From NCBI GenBank assembly GCA_963783145.1, contig CAWAMM010000004.1, positions 326,414 through 390,413 of the forward strand: 64,000 nt of DNA. The letters are read 5' to 3'. Below are positions 37,465 through 46,644 of the stretch, piece by piece. Below the pieces are notes generated by a model. That model did not search any database. It was not told where the DNA came from and saw only the letters and a list, made by a program, of their open reading frames with translations. The DNA comes from an uncultured delta proteobacterium (GTDB lineage Bacteria > Desulfobacterota > Binatia > Binatales > Binataceae). The translations under genes and the position numbers were made by a program. The number at the start of each line of letters is the position of its first letter. Position 1 is the stretch's first letter.

Positions 37465-38904
37465 GTGAAGCGCTTTCGTAACACGCTCATCGCGCTGGTC
37501 GTGCTGCTGATCATCGGCGGCTACGCCTTCGTTAATTACTATTTCAGCAAGCCCGAAGCGGTGAAGACCGCGTTCAACATCAAGGCCGATGACATCGCGA
37601 AGATCGATTTGAAGTATCACGATCGCGATCTGGTGCTGGAGCATAAGCCGGGCGACCAATGGATCATCACCAAGCCAATCGGCGCCTTTGCGGATCAGAC
37701 CGCGGCCGGGAACCTGGCGCGCGCCATCGCCGATTGCCAAATCACCAAGACGGTCGAGGACAAGGCCGACAACCTCGCGCCGTTCGGCCTCGACAAGCCG
37801 CAGGTGACCGTGATTGTCACCGATACCAAGGGCAAGACGCTGCCTGGGCTCGAGGTCGGGAAGGTTACGCCGGTAGGATTTTCCGCCTACCTGAAGTACA
37901 CCGACCAGCCGCAAATCATGCTGACCTCGTCGGCGTTTCCGTCGGGGATGAACAAGACCATCGACCAGATGCGCGATCGCGAGTTGATGTCGTTCAAGGT
38001 CGACGATGTCCAGAAGCTGCTGATCACGCATGACGACGGGACTCAAATCGAGATCGATCGCGACGGCGACAAGTGGAAAATCGTCAAGCCCGGCAACTAT
38101 GAAGCCGATCCGACCCAGGTCCGGCAGATCCTGACCACCCTGGGCGATTCCAAGGTCGCGGATTTCATTACCGACGCGCCTACCAATGCGGCCCAGTACG
38201 GCCTCGAGAAACCGCATCTCGTCGCCACGGTTTATCTCAAAAAGGGCGGCGCGCAGGAGTCGTTGCTGTTCGGCTTCAAGCAGAAGGAGCAGGGCAAGGA
38301 CGGCATCTACGTGCGGCGCGGCGAGCGCGCGCCCATCTATACGATCGCGCCATGGGTGATGAGCGGGGTCGACAAGACGGTGCTCAATCTGCGCGACAAG
38401 ACCGTGCTGTCTTTCGATTCGTCACAGATCGACACCATCGAGATCAAACCGAGTGACAAGCCGCAGTTCGAGATCAAGCGTGCCGGCAACGATAAGTGGA
38501 ACGTCGTCGCCGCCGGCAAAACCTCGCCCGCGGATTTGGCGATCGTCGAGCGTTTCCTGGATCAGATTCACGATTTGAAAGGCAACTCCATCATCATGGA
38601 CCCGATCAAGAGTCCCGAGATGTTTGGGATGGATAAGCCCTCGCTCACCGTTACGCTTCAGGACAAGGATGGAAAACAGGTCGGGCAGCTCAGGCTTTCG
38701 AAGATCGAGGTGAAGAAGGCGCCCACCGCGGCGACCTCGGAAGCGCCGCCGTCGGCGAGCACGCAAACCGATTACTATGCCGCATCGAGCGGGAGCGGGG
38801 CGTTGTTTTCCACCGACGAGTTCCTCTTCAGCCAGTTGAACAAGACCGCCGACGAATTCCGCGCGAAAGAATCTGCGACACCGGCCGCGACGCCGAAGAA
38901 ATAG
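37465..38904 (+). CDS. Periplasmic protein of the GldG-associated family (DUF4340-like)
   Basis: N-terminal TM anchor. Repeated about 90-aa modules. Position as the fourth gene of the ABC-2/GldG cluster. Confidence 0.5.
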   Translation: MKRFRNTLIALVVLLIIGGYAFVNYYFSKPEAVKTAFNIKADDIAKIDLKYHDRDLVLEHKPGDQWIITKPIGAFADQTAAGNLARAIADCQITKTVEDKADNLAPFGLDKPQVTVIVTDTKGKTLPGLEVGKVTPVGFSAYLKYTDQPQIMLTSSAFPSGMNKTIDQMRDRELMSFKVDDVQKLLITHDDGTQIEIDRDGDKWKIVKPGNYEADPTQVRQILTTLGDSKVADFITDAPTNAAQYGLEKPHLVATVYLKKGGAQESLLFGFKQKEQGKDGIYVRRGERAPIYTIAPWVMSGVDKTVLNLRDKTVLSFDSSQIDTIEIKPSDKPQFEIKRAGNDKWNVVAAGKTSPADLAIVERFLDQIHDLKGNSIIMDPIKSPEMFGMDKPSLTVTLQDKDGKQVGQLRLSKIEVKKAPTAATSEAPPSASTQTDYYAASSGSGALFSTDEFLFSQLNKTADEFRAKESATPAATPKK

Positions 38905-38908
38905 CTCC

Positions 38909-39301
38909 TCAGCCTTCCGCGATCGCATGCGCGATCGCCTGATCCGCGGTATGGGTGAGGCTCAGGTGAAAATCGGTGATGTTTTTGCGCCGCGCGAACG
39001 CTGCCGACTTGCCGTGGAGTACGATAGTGGGGGCCTTGCCGCGCTCGCGCACCACCTCGATCTCCGACCAGCCCACGTTGCGATTCCATCCGGTGCCCAT
39101 CGCCTTCATGGTAGCCTCCTTCGCCGCGAAGCGCGCCGCATAGCTCTGATAGCGGCCCTTGCCACGTGACTCGCAGTAGGTAATTTCGTCCGCGGTGAAG
39201 ACCCGATTGCGAAAGCGCTCGCCGGTGACGTCGTTGGTGAGCGCGCGCTCGATGCGCGCGACCTCGATCACGTCGATGCCGGTTCCGATGATGTTGGCCA
39301 T
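38909..39301 (-). CDS. acpS: Holo-[acyl-carrier-protein] synthase
   Basis: MANIIGTGIDVIEVARIER...FAAKEA. The ORF-track entry (to 39640) is over-extended upstream. Start set at the ATG at 39301. Confidence 0.9.
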   Translation of the reverse strand: MANIIGTGIDVIEVARIERALTNDVTGERFRNRVFTADEITYCESRGKGRYQSYAARFAAKEATMKAMGTGWNRNVGWSEIEVVRERGKAPTIVLHGKSAAFARRKNITDFHLSLTHTADQAIAHAIAEG

Positions 39302-39388
39302 GGTGTCATCGAAAGTATCATCACGCGCGCGGTCGGGCGCAACGCGGTCACTTGCGGCGCGCAAAGCTGCGAATCTATTGTTCAGCTC

Positions 39389-39622
39389 ATGGCGAAATTG
39401 AAAATTACCGTGAACAAAACCCGCTGCATCGCGAGCGGCGATTGCGTCGAGACTGCGCCGGCGGTTTTTCAACTCGATGCGGATGGCAAGTCCGAGGTCG
39501 CGAATGCAACCGGCGCGCCCGACGGCACCATCATCGCCGCGGCGCGCTCGTGTCCGGTCAAGGCAATCACCGTCGTCAATGAGGACACCGGCAAGCAATT
39601 GTTCCCGCCTCCGAAGAAGTAA
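39389..39622 (+). CDS. Small ferredoxin (single-cluster type)
   Basis: C..SG.C.....P ... SCP motif (CIASGDCVETAP...SCPVKAI). 77 aa. Confidence 0.75.
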   Translation: MAKLKITVNKTRCIASGDCVETAPAVFQLDADGKSEVANATGAPDGTIIAAARSCPVKAITVVNEDTGKQLFPPPKK

Positions 39623-39642
39623 CCTCGCGCGATCGGTCATTC

Positions 39643-40134
39643 ATGGCGCTACGAAAAAAGCAGGAAGGCAAACTCATCGTCGAGCAAACGCGCGACCTCG
39701 GGGTCCTGCGCGCGATGCTTTCCGGCGCGGACATGCTCACCGAGGGCCTCGAATGGCCGCCCGCGTGCTATCTCGTCGCGTACTTCGGAACCGAGCCGGT
39801 TGGCGTGATTGGAGTCGAGCCGAGCCTCGATGCTGCACTCCTTCGTTCGCTCTATGTCGTCGAGGCAATGCGCCGGCACGGCATCGCCACGGAGCTGATT
39901 GCGGCGGCGCGCAAAGCGGCGCATACGCGCGGTGCGCGCTCGCTATATCTCTTCAGCACTGACGCCGGCGAGTTTTTTAAGCGATTTGGCTTTGTTCAAG
40001 TGCCGGTCGCGCAACTGGTCGCGGCGCTCGGCGCGGCGCCGCAGGTCAAGTACTACATCGCACGTCCCGACGAGCTCGCGCACGAGGTCGCATGGCACCT
40101 CGACATTTCGCAGGACGGCATCATCTTGCGGTAG
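39643..40134 (+). CDS. GNAT-family N-acetyltransferase (ArsN2/ArgA-like)
   Basis: Acetyl-CoA-binding-like segment (RRHGIATELIAAARKAAHTRGARSLYLFS...FFKRFGF). Confidence 0.55.
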   Translation: MALRKKQEGKLIVEQTRDLGVLRAMLSGADMLTEGLEWPPACYLVAYFGTEPVGVIGVEPSLDAALLRSLYVVEAMRRHGIATELIAAARKAAHTRGARSLYLFSTDAGEFFKRFGFVQVPVAQLVAALGAAPQVKYYIARPDELAHEVAWHLDISQDGIILR

Positions 40135-40897
40135 TCGGCGGCTCGTAGCGGCCGAGGTAATTGCCCGACGACGTCGTCACCAGAAGGTAGCGATGACTTT
40201 TCAGCAGCTCGGCGGCGAGGCGATGGGTCATGTCGGGGCGAATCGTCTGCGGCGCGGGATTTATCGCCTCGATCGCGCGACTGCTCCCGGCATTCGTTTC
40301 GACCGCGCCGAGAAGAATGCCATCCGAATTCAGGACGACTCCACTTACATCGGTGCGCGGGCCTGAAATGGCGATCGAATCCGACGGATGCAGGCGCTGC
40401 AGATCATCGTGCGTGCGTTGCGCGATGGTGGGACGTCGCGAGATCGCGATCCAGCCCGCGCGAACTCCGGGCGCAAGGTTGTTGATGAAGTAGGGCAGGG
40501 CGCGCAGCTTCTTCCGCATCGGCGGCGTGGGATCGCATGGCAATCCGCGCAGCAGCCAGTCAGCCTTGCCGCGCAGATAATGCATCACCTCGCGATAGCC
40601 GAGAAATTCGAGCTGCGCCGCAGCCCGCGCGCTGAGGTCTCACAAACAATCGCGGCAGTAGACGACGACCGGCCGCTTCTTATCGAGCGCATGCTCGGCC
40701 TGGTGCAGCAGCTTCGGGAGGGGCAGATGAATCGCTCCCCGAATGGCCGCGATGCGATGCTCATGCGCCGGCAAAACGTCAACGACCTGGCCGCCCGCAG
40801 CGAGGATTCTCAGAACTTCGCGATGATCGACGACGCGCACATTGGAGGAGCGGCGATCCGAGCAATTACTCGGCGGACCGCCGCTCAAGAATCGCAA
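40121..40897 (-). CDS. Rhodanese-like sulfurtransferase with an in-frame TGA (40640..40642) at the position aligning with the catalytic Cys. Candidate selenoprotein, otherwise a pseudogene. It has an uncharacterised C-terminal extension of about 137 aa
   Basis: ORFs 40640..40897 and 40121..40588 are in the same frame, separated by a single TGA. Read-through gives ...KKRPVVVYCRDCL-[TGA]-DLSARAAAQLEFLGYREVMHYLRGKADWLLRGLPCD. This aligns with GlpE ...[22 protein letters not shown]...GG..AW, placing the catalytic Cys at the TGA. Confidence 0.6.
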
Positions 40898-41197
40898 TTA
40901 CTTGCGCGTGACCTCTTGCAGGATGTCGACTTGCGGACGCCCTTCGAGCAGGCTTCCTATCGCGCCACCGAAAGCTTTCATGTGATCGGTTTTGCCATGA
41001 TGATCGAGCGCGGCCTGATCGGGATAGACCTCATAATAGACGTATTCGGTCGGGTCCTTCACTCCCTTGTGCAACACGTATTGAAGCGTGTTGGGTTCGG
41101 CGGAGCGCATCGTCTCGATCATTTTGCGCGCGGCTTCTTCGAACTGCTTCTCGCTTCCGGCCTTGGTTTTGAGTTTGGCAATGACAGTAATGGCCAT
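40898..41197 (-). CDS. Antibiotic-biosynthesis-monooxygenase (ABM) domain protein
   Basis: 99-aa ferredoxin-like ABM fold signature (MAITVIAKLKTKAG...YYEVYPDQAALDHHGKTDHMKAF). Confidence 0.75.
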   Translation of the reverse strand: MAITVIAKLKTKAGSEKQFEEAARKMIETMRSAEPNTLQYVLHKGVKDPTEYVYYEVYPDQAALDHHGKTDHMKAFGGAIGSLLEGRPQVDILQEVTRK

Positions 41198-41393
41198 CGA
41201 AATCTCCTTGGGACTGATTGGTTCCGGTGCGACGCCGATTTAATTGGTCTTCGCGCTCCGGACCTCACCTGCGCTCATATCGCCATAGCGAGGGTTTTTC
41301 AAGGAAGCCGGCCAGGCGCGGCCTCTTTCATTGCGGCGCGCGGTCGGTTAACTGAGATGCCATCGGCGCTTCCGCGCAATTGGAGAACCATCG

Positions 41394-42536
41394 ATGTTTG
41401 GCTTCGACCTGACCGAGGAACAGCTGGAACTAAAGTCGCTGGCGCGGAAGTTTTCCGAGCAGGAGATAATTCCGCGCGCGAAGGAATGCGACGAGAAGGA
41501 AATCTTCCCGCGCGACGTCGCGCAGAAGGCGTGGGACGCGGGGCTCATCAACTTCGGCGTTCCCAAGGAACTCGGCGGACCCGGCCTCGATATCCTGGAA
41601 ACCTGCCTCATCGCCGAAGAGCTGAACTACGGATGCGCCGGGATCACGAACTCCATCGCGGCCAATGACCTCGCGACGCTGCCGCTGCTGATCGCCGGCA
41701 ACGAGGAGCAGAAGAAAACCTACCTCGGCGCGCTGATGAAGAAGCTTTCGTTCTGCGCGTTCGCGATTACCGAGCCGGGCGCGGGCTCCGACGTCGCGGG
41801 CATGAGCACCAGCTATCGGCGCGAGGGCGACGAGTACGTGATCAACGGCACCAAGCATTTTATCTCCAACGGCTCGGTGGCGGATTGGTACGTGACCTTC
41901 GCGACCTCGGACAAGCGCCTCAAGCACAAGGGCATCTCATGTTTCGTGTTTCCCGCGACGACTCCCGGCATTACCAGGCGCAGGATGCATGGCAAGCTGG
42001 GGCAGCGGGCGGCGGATACCGCCGAGATTTTTTTTGAAGATGTGCGAATTCCGGCGAGCGCGCTGGTTGGGCGCGAAGGCGAGGGCTTCAAGTACGCGAT
42101 GGGCACCTTCGACAAGAGCCGCCCGGAGATCGGCTCGATCGCCGTCGGAATCTCGCAGCGCGCGCTGGACGAATGCCTCAAGTATTCGCGCCAGCGCAAC
42201 GCGTTCGGACAGCCGATCGCGAATTTCCAGGCGGTGCAGTTCATGATGGCCGACATGGCCATCAACATCGAGGCGAGCCGGCTGCTCACCTACAAGGCCG
42301 CATGGCTGGTCGATAAGGATGCGCCACCCAGCGCGATTTCTGCGATCGCGAAGGCGTTCAGCGCCGATGCGTGCATGAAGAATACAACTGATGCGGTGCA
42401 GATCTTCGGCGGCTACGGCTATATGAACGAATACCCGGTCGCGAAGCTGATGCGCGATGCGAAGCTGCTGCAGATTTATGAGGGCACGTCGCAGATCCAG
42501 CGCGTCGTCATCGCGAGGAATTTGCTGAAGGACTAG
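41394..42536 (+). CDS. Acyl-CoA dehydrogenase (short/medium-chain type)
   Basis: ACAD N, middle and C domains. Catalytic region YEGTSQIQRVVIAR. Confidence 0.9.
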   Translation: MFGFDLTEEQLELKSLARKFSEQEIIPRAKECDEKEIFPRDVAQKAWDAGLINFGVPKELGGPGLDILETCLIAEELNYGCAGITNSIAANDLATLPLLIAGNEEQKKTYLGALMKKLSFCAFAITEPGAGSDVAGMSTSYRREGDEYVINGTKHFISNGSVADWYVTFATSDKRLKHKGISCFVFPATTPGITRRRMHGKLGQRAADTAEIFFEDVRIPASALVGREGEGFKYAMGTFDKSRPEIGSIAVGISQRALDECLKYSRQRNAFGQPIANFQAVQFMMADMAINIEASRLLTYKAAWLVDKDAPPSAISAIAKAFSADACMKNTTDAVQIFGGYGYMNEYPVAKLMRDAKLLQIYEGTSQIQRVVIARNLLKD

Positions 42537-42922
42537 CGATAGCCGTCGGGCGCGGCATCATCGGAATCGGGCTGCGCCTTGGGATGCGGCAGCGGAGGAT
42601 CTTGATCCTCGTGGCCGTCAACCGAGCCGAGGTAATTGCCCTTGTGATAGACGCCGACATCGCCGCTGGTGGGATCGGGGAAAATATTCCACTCGCCGTT
42701 GGGGTCGCTATCGAACATCACGGATTTGGGCGGCTGCGGGGCCACTGCGACAGGCGGTGGTGGTGAGGGCGGCTTCTCAGGCGGAGTGGTGCATCCGAAG
42801 AACGCAAACGCGCCCAATGCCAGAATCGTCGAACCCGCGGTGCGCCTGAAGACTAGCCCCATCTGAACTCGCAAACCAAAGCGAGATTCAAATATCTTCG
42901 TCACGCGCGGCGCGAGGCGCAA
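42533..42922 (-). CDS. Hypothetical Pro-rich lipoprotein
   Basis: Signal plus lipobox (AFFGC). Confidence 0.45.
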   Translation of the reverse strand: MRLAPRVTKIFESRFGLRVQMGLVFRRTAGSTILALGAFAFFGCTTPPEKPPSPPPPVAVAPQPPKSVMFDSDPNGEWNIFPDPTSGDVGVYHKGNYLGSVDGHEDQDPPLPHPKAQPDSDDAAPDGYR

Positions 42923-42934
42923 GGCCCCCGGCCG

Positions 42935-43714
42935 CTACGCAGCGTTGCCTTTGAACATGCCACCGGCGATGCGCGCGACCAGCGACCGCGGCGTGAAGCG
43001 CGTCGACTGCGCCATGACCTGATTGATGATGCCGTTGATGCGCACCGACTTGCCGCGTTTGGCCGAAGCCAGCGCCTGCGCCACCACCGTTTTCGCATCC
43101 ATGTACGCGAACGATGGCACTCCGGTCTCGTTGACCCCGGCGACATCCTGAAACTCGGTGCGGGTTGGTCCGGGGCACAGCGCCATCACGGTGACGCCGA
43201 AGGGTTTCGCTTCAAAAGCCACCGCCTCGGAGAAATCGAGCACGAAGGATTTGGTGGCCGCATAGGTTGCCATGTAGGGGACCGGCTGAAACGCCGCGGT
43301 CGAGGCCACATTAATGATAGTGCCGCGACGCCTCGCGACCATCCCTTCGAGGAAGAGGCGGGTCATCGAGACCAGCGAAGTGACATTGAGGTTGATCTCT
43401 TCGACCTCGCGATCGAGCGGCAGGTTATGAAAAATTCCATGAGTGCCGAAGCCGGCGTTGTTGACGAGATAGTCGATCTCGAGGCCGCGCTCGGAAATCT
43501 GCCGATGCAGATTCGTTGCGGCGTCCGGCTGCCCGAGGTCACATGCGATCACCTCGACCTTCGAAGAGCCAAGCTTTATCGCTTCGGCCGCGACCACCTT
43601 GAGGCGATCCTCGCGGCGCGCAGTCAGGACCAGGTCGTAGTTTTCGCGCGCGAGTTGACGCGCGAATTCCTCGCCGAGTCCGCTCGAGGCTCCGGTGATC
43701 AGTGCGGTTGCCAT
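42935..43714 (-). CDS. SDR-family oxidoreductase
   Basis: ITGASSGLG motif. Classical SDR. Confidence 0.85.
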   Translation of the reverse strand: MATALITGASSGLGEEFARQLARENYDLVLTARREDRLKVVAAEAIKLGSSKVEVIACDLGQPDAATNLHRQISERGLEIDYLVNNAGFGTHGIFHNLPLDREVEEINLNVTSLVSMTRLFLEGMVARRRGTIINVASTAAFQPVPYMATYAATKSFVLDFSEAVAFEAKPFGVTVMALCPGPTRTEFQDVAGVNETGVPSFAYMDAKTVVAQALASAKRGKSVRINGIINQVMAQSTRFTPRSLVARIAGGMFKGNAA

Positions 43715-43740
43715 TGAATCTCCAAAAAATCCCCTCGACC

Positions 43741-44685
43741 CTAGGTGCGAGTCAGTTTCAGTTCGTTGCGAAAATACTCGATGCTGCGTTTCAGCCCCTC
43801 GCGCAGGGGAATCTTCGGTTCCCAGCCCAGATGCTTCTTCGCCAGCGTGATGTCGGGGCGCCGGCGCGTCGGGTCATCGGGGCGCGTCGGCTTGCGTACG
43901 ATCTTCGAGGAACTGCCGGTCAGCTCGATGGTCAGCTTAGCGAGCTCCTCGACGGTGAACTCATCGGGATTGCCGATGTTCACCGGACCGGTGAACCCGG
44001 TCGGCGTGTTCATCATGCGAACGATGCCTTCGATGAGGTCGTCGACATACGCGAAGGAACGGGTCGCGCTTCCGTCCCCGTAAAGTTCGAGCGGCTCGCC
44101 CTTGAGCGCCGCCACGCAGAAGTTCGAGACCACGCGGCCATCGTTGATCGCCATCCGCGGACCATAGGTGTTGAAGATGCGCACGATCTTGACGTCGACG
44201 TTGTTCTGGCGATGGTAGTTCATCATCAGGCATTCGGCGAGGCGCTTGCCCTCGTCGTAACACGAGCGCTCGCCGTTCGGATTGACGTGTCCCCAGTAGT
44301 CTTCCGTTTGCGGATGGACTTCCGGATCGCCATAGACCTCGCTGGTCGAAGTGAGCAGGATGCGCGCCTTCACCCGCTTCGCCATCCCGAGCGTGTTGAT
44401 CGCGCCGAGCACGCTGGTCTTGACGGTTTTGACGGGGTTGTACTGGTAGTGGACCGGCGAGGCCGGGCAGGCGAGGTTATAAATCTGATCGACTTCGAGC
44501 AGGATCGGTTCGACGATATCGTGGCGAATGATCTCAAAGTTCTGATAGTCGCGCAGGTGAAGAATGTTGGCGCGCTTGCCGCTGAAGTAGTTGTCGAGGC
44601 AGATCACCTCTTGTGCGTCTTTCAGCAGGCGTTCGCAGAGATGGGAACCGAGAAAACCGGCGCCGCCGGTAACGAGAATCCTCAC
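43741..44685 (-). CDS. UDP-glucuronate decarboxylase (UXS / ArnA C-terminal-domain-like, NAD-dependent epimerase/dehydratase)
   Basis: [20 protein letters not shown]...DNYFSG...Y..SK: UDP-xylose-synthase family signature. Confidence 0.8.
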   Translation of the reverse strand: MRILVTGGAGFLGSHLCERLLKDAQEVICLDNYFSGKRANILHLRDYQNFEIIRHDIVEPILLEVDQIYNLACPASPVHYQYNPVKTVKTSVLGAINTLGMAKRVKARILLTSTSEVYGDPEVHPQTEDYWGHVNPNGERSCYDEGKRLAECLMMNYHRQNNVDVKIVRIFNTYGPRMAINDGRVVSNFCVAALKGEPLELYGDGSATRSFAYVDDLIEGIVRMMNTPTGFTGPVNIGNPDEFTVEELAKLTIELTGSSSKIVRKPTRPDDPTRRRPDITLAKKHLGWEPKIPLREGLKRSIEYFRNELKLTRT

Positions 44686-44704
44686 CCGTGCCTCCTAGCA
44701 GCTT

Positions 44705-45886
44705 TTAGCGTTTGTTTTCGCGAACCAGGCTTCGCACTGTCTCAATCACATAATTCACGTCATCCGCGCTCATCGCGGCATAAATCGGCAGCGACAGACA
44801 ACGGCTGAAAATGTCCTCGGTCACCGGAAATTCCCCGGTCCGGTAACCGTAAGTCTTCTGATAGAAATCCATGGTATGCAGCGGGATGCAATGCACCGAG
44901 GTGCCGATACCGCGCTCGCGCAACATCTCGACGAACTGATTGCGCCCGACCTTGAGCAGCTCGGGGCGCAGCCGCAACACATACAGATGCCATGCATGCT
45001 CGACGCCCGGCTCGACATAGGGTACCTGCAATGCGTCTTCGGTCTTGAAGGCCTCGGTGAAGGTGCGCGCGACTTCCGTCCGGCGTCGCATGAACTGATC
45101 GCACTTCTTGATTTGCGCGAGTCCGATTGCCGCGTGCACGTCGGACAGATTGTACTTGAAGCCAGTGTCGTGGATCTCATAAAACCACGAGCCGGTCTTG
45201 TCGTAGCGCTTCCACGCGTCCTTGTTCATGCCGTGGAGGCTCGCGACCTGGATTTTCTCGGCCAGCGCGTCATCTTCGGTCATGATCGCGCCACCCTCGG
45301 CGGTGGTGATGTTCTTGGTCGCATAGAAGCTGAAGCAGGTGAGATCGCCGATGGTGCCGATGCGGGTCATCCCGCGCCCTTCCATGTGGCGCGCGGCGCC
45401 GATCGCATGCGCCGCATCTTCGACGATTTTCAAATTGTATCGCCGTGCGATGGCGAGGATGCGATCCATATCACATGGTTGCCCGGCGAAATGCACCGGC
45501 TCGATCGCCTTGACCCGCTTATGCCGGCCGCTTTCCAGCACCTCCTCGATTCGCGCGGGGTTGATGTTGAAGGTGCCCGGGTCGACATCGACAAAAACCG
45601 GCTTGGCGCCCAGATATCCCAGCACCTCGGCGGTTGCGGTAAACGTAAACGGAGTGGTGATAACTTCGTCGCCGGGGCCGATGCCCAGCGCCCATAGCGC
45701 CAGATGCAGGGCTCCGGTGCAGTGCGAGAGCGCGAGCGCGTGCTTCGCGCCGACGTACTGCGCCAGTTCGGTTTCGAAACGTTTGGCCTTGGGGCCGGTG
45801 GTGATCCATCCCGAGCGCAGAGATTCGATGACCTCGTGCTCCTCCTCGGGACCAATCGAAGGACGGAAAAAGGGAACTTCTCGCAT
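44705..45886 (-). CDS. DegT/DnrJ/EryC1/StrS-family PLP aminotransferase (ArnB-like UDP-4-keto-sugar aminotransferase)
   Basis: Typical N-terminus (FFRPSIGPEEEHEVIESLRSGWITTGPKAKRFE). PLP-Lys region. Confidence 0.85.
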   Translation of the reverse strand: MREVPFFRPSIGPEEEHEVIESLRSGWITTGPKAKRFETELAQYVGAKHALALSHCTGALHLALWALGIGPGDEVITTPFTFTATAEVLGYLGAKPVFVDVDPGTFNINPARIEEVLESGRHKRVKAIEPVHFAGQPCDMDRILAIARRYNLKIVEDAAHAIGAARHMEGRGMTRIGTIGDLTCFSFYATKNITTAEGGAIMTEDDALAEKIQVASLHGMNKDAWKRYDKTGSWFYEIHDTGFKYNLSDVHAAIGLAQIKKCDQFMRRRTEVARTFTEAFKTEDALQVPYVEPGVEHAWHLYVLRLRPELLKVGRNQFVEMLRERGIGTSVHCIPLHTMDFYQKTYGYRTGEFPVTEDIFSRCLSLPIYAAMSADDVNYVIETVRSLVRENKR

Positions 45887-45980
45887 TGATGGTGTCGTGA
45901 TGTTGCTAGCGAATCGTCAAGCCGATTCGGTTGGTTTCGACGAGTATAAGGGACAAGTCAAAAGGGGAGCAAGGTAGGTT

Positions 45981-46250
45981 TTGATGAGACGTGGGGGCGT
46001 GGCGGCGGTCGGCGTGGTGGTCGGATGGTACGCGCTGGCGCTCGCGGTGCTGCGCTCGCCAGTCATGCTACGCGTCGCCATTGGAGAATCTAGGACCTGG
46101 AAAGGCTGGCCAGCCCCGGCGCAAGCGCGAGTAGGGCGTCGCGTTCTTCTGCGGTCGGCTGCTCCTTTATCTTCGGTAACGTCGGGTGCAAACACGCCCA
46201 CGGCGGCGCACTCCCGGTCCACATCTCAACCTGCGGCCGAAATCCACTAG
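45981..46250 (+). pseudogene. Duplicated 5' fragment of the downstream GT39/ArnT-like gene (gene remnant)
   Basis: The first about 60 nt and 22 aa (MMRRGGVAAVGVVVGWYALALA) mirror the start of the 46645 gene (MRRRDVVAVGAVVGWYAFALA). After that it diverges into low-complexity sequence that overlaps the antisense GFA gene. Confidence 0.55.
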
Positions 46251-46563
46251 GGTCATCCAGACTCGCCGCCACAATGATCATCAGGTCGGGGTAACGATGA
46301 GGTTTGACGACCAGCGGCGAGCCGCACTGAGGACAAAAGCCTCGATCCAATGGATACCCGCTGGTCCCGGTCACCCGGTAATATTTCGGTGATCCACTCG
46401 TCAGGGTGAAATTTGCGGCAGGCATAAACAGAAGCGCCGCTGAAGCGTTGCCGCTGGCGCGTTGACAATCGCGGCAATAGCAAATTTCCGATAGAAGAGG
46501 TTCTGCCGAACACTCGTAGCGAATCTCCCCACAGGCGCACCCGCCGCAGAATAGTCCCGACAT
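46090..46563 (-). CDS. GFA-family (glutathione-dependent formaldehyde-activating / CENP-V-like) Zn-binding protein
   Basis: Cys pattern CGGCACGEIRYEC...CYCRDCQ...CPQCGSPL. Confidence 0.75.
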   Translation of the reverse strand: MSGLFCGGCACGEIRYECSAEPLLSEICYCRDCQRASGNASAALLFMPAANFTLTSGSPKYYRVTGTSGYPLDRGFCPQCGSPLVVKPHRYPDLMIIVAASLDDPSGFRPQVEMWTGSAPPWACLHPTLPKIKEQPTAEERDALLALAPGLASLSRS

Positions 46564-46644
46564 AAGGGTCTCTCCTTAATGCTTAAAACATGAAGCGATG
46601 CCACGTATATCAAATAAGCAAATGGAAATCCGGCTGAAAACTGA

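Noticed and set aside
40388-41668. 426-aa plus-strand ORF
   Set aside because: Arg/Ala-rich with no homology. Antisense to clearly real minus-strand genes (rhodanese-like, ABM) and overlaps the acyl-CoA dehydrogenase start. Typical high-GC shadow ORF.
43702-44808. 368-aa plus-strand ORF
   Set aside because: Antisense to the UXS-like and ArnB-like genes. No homology.
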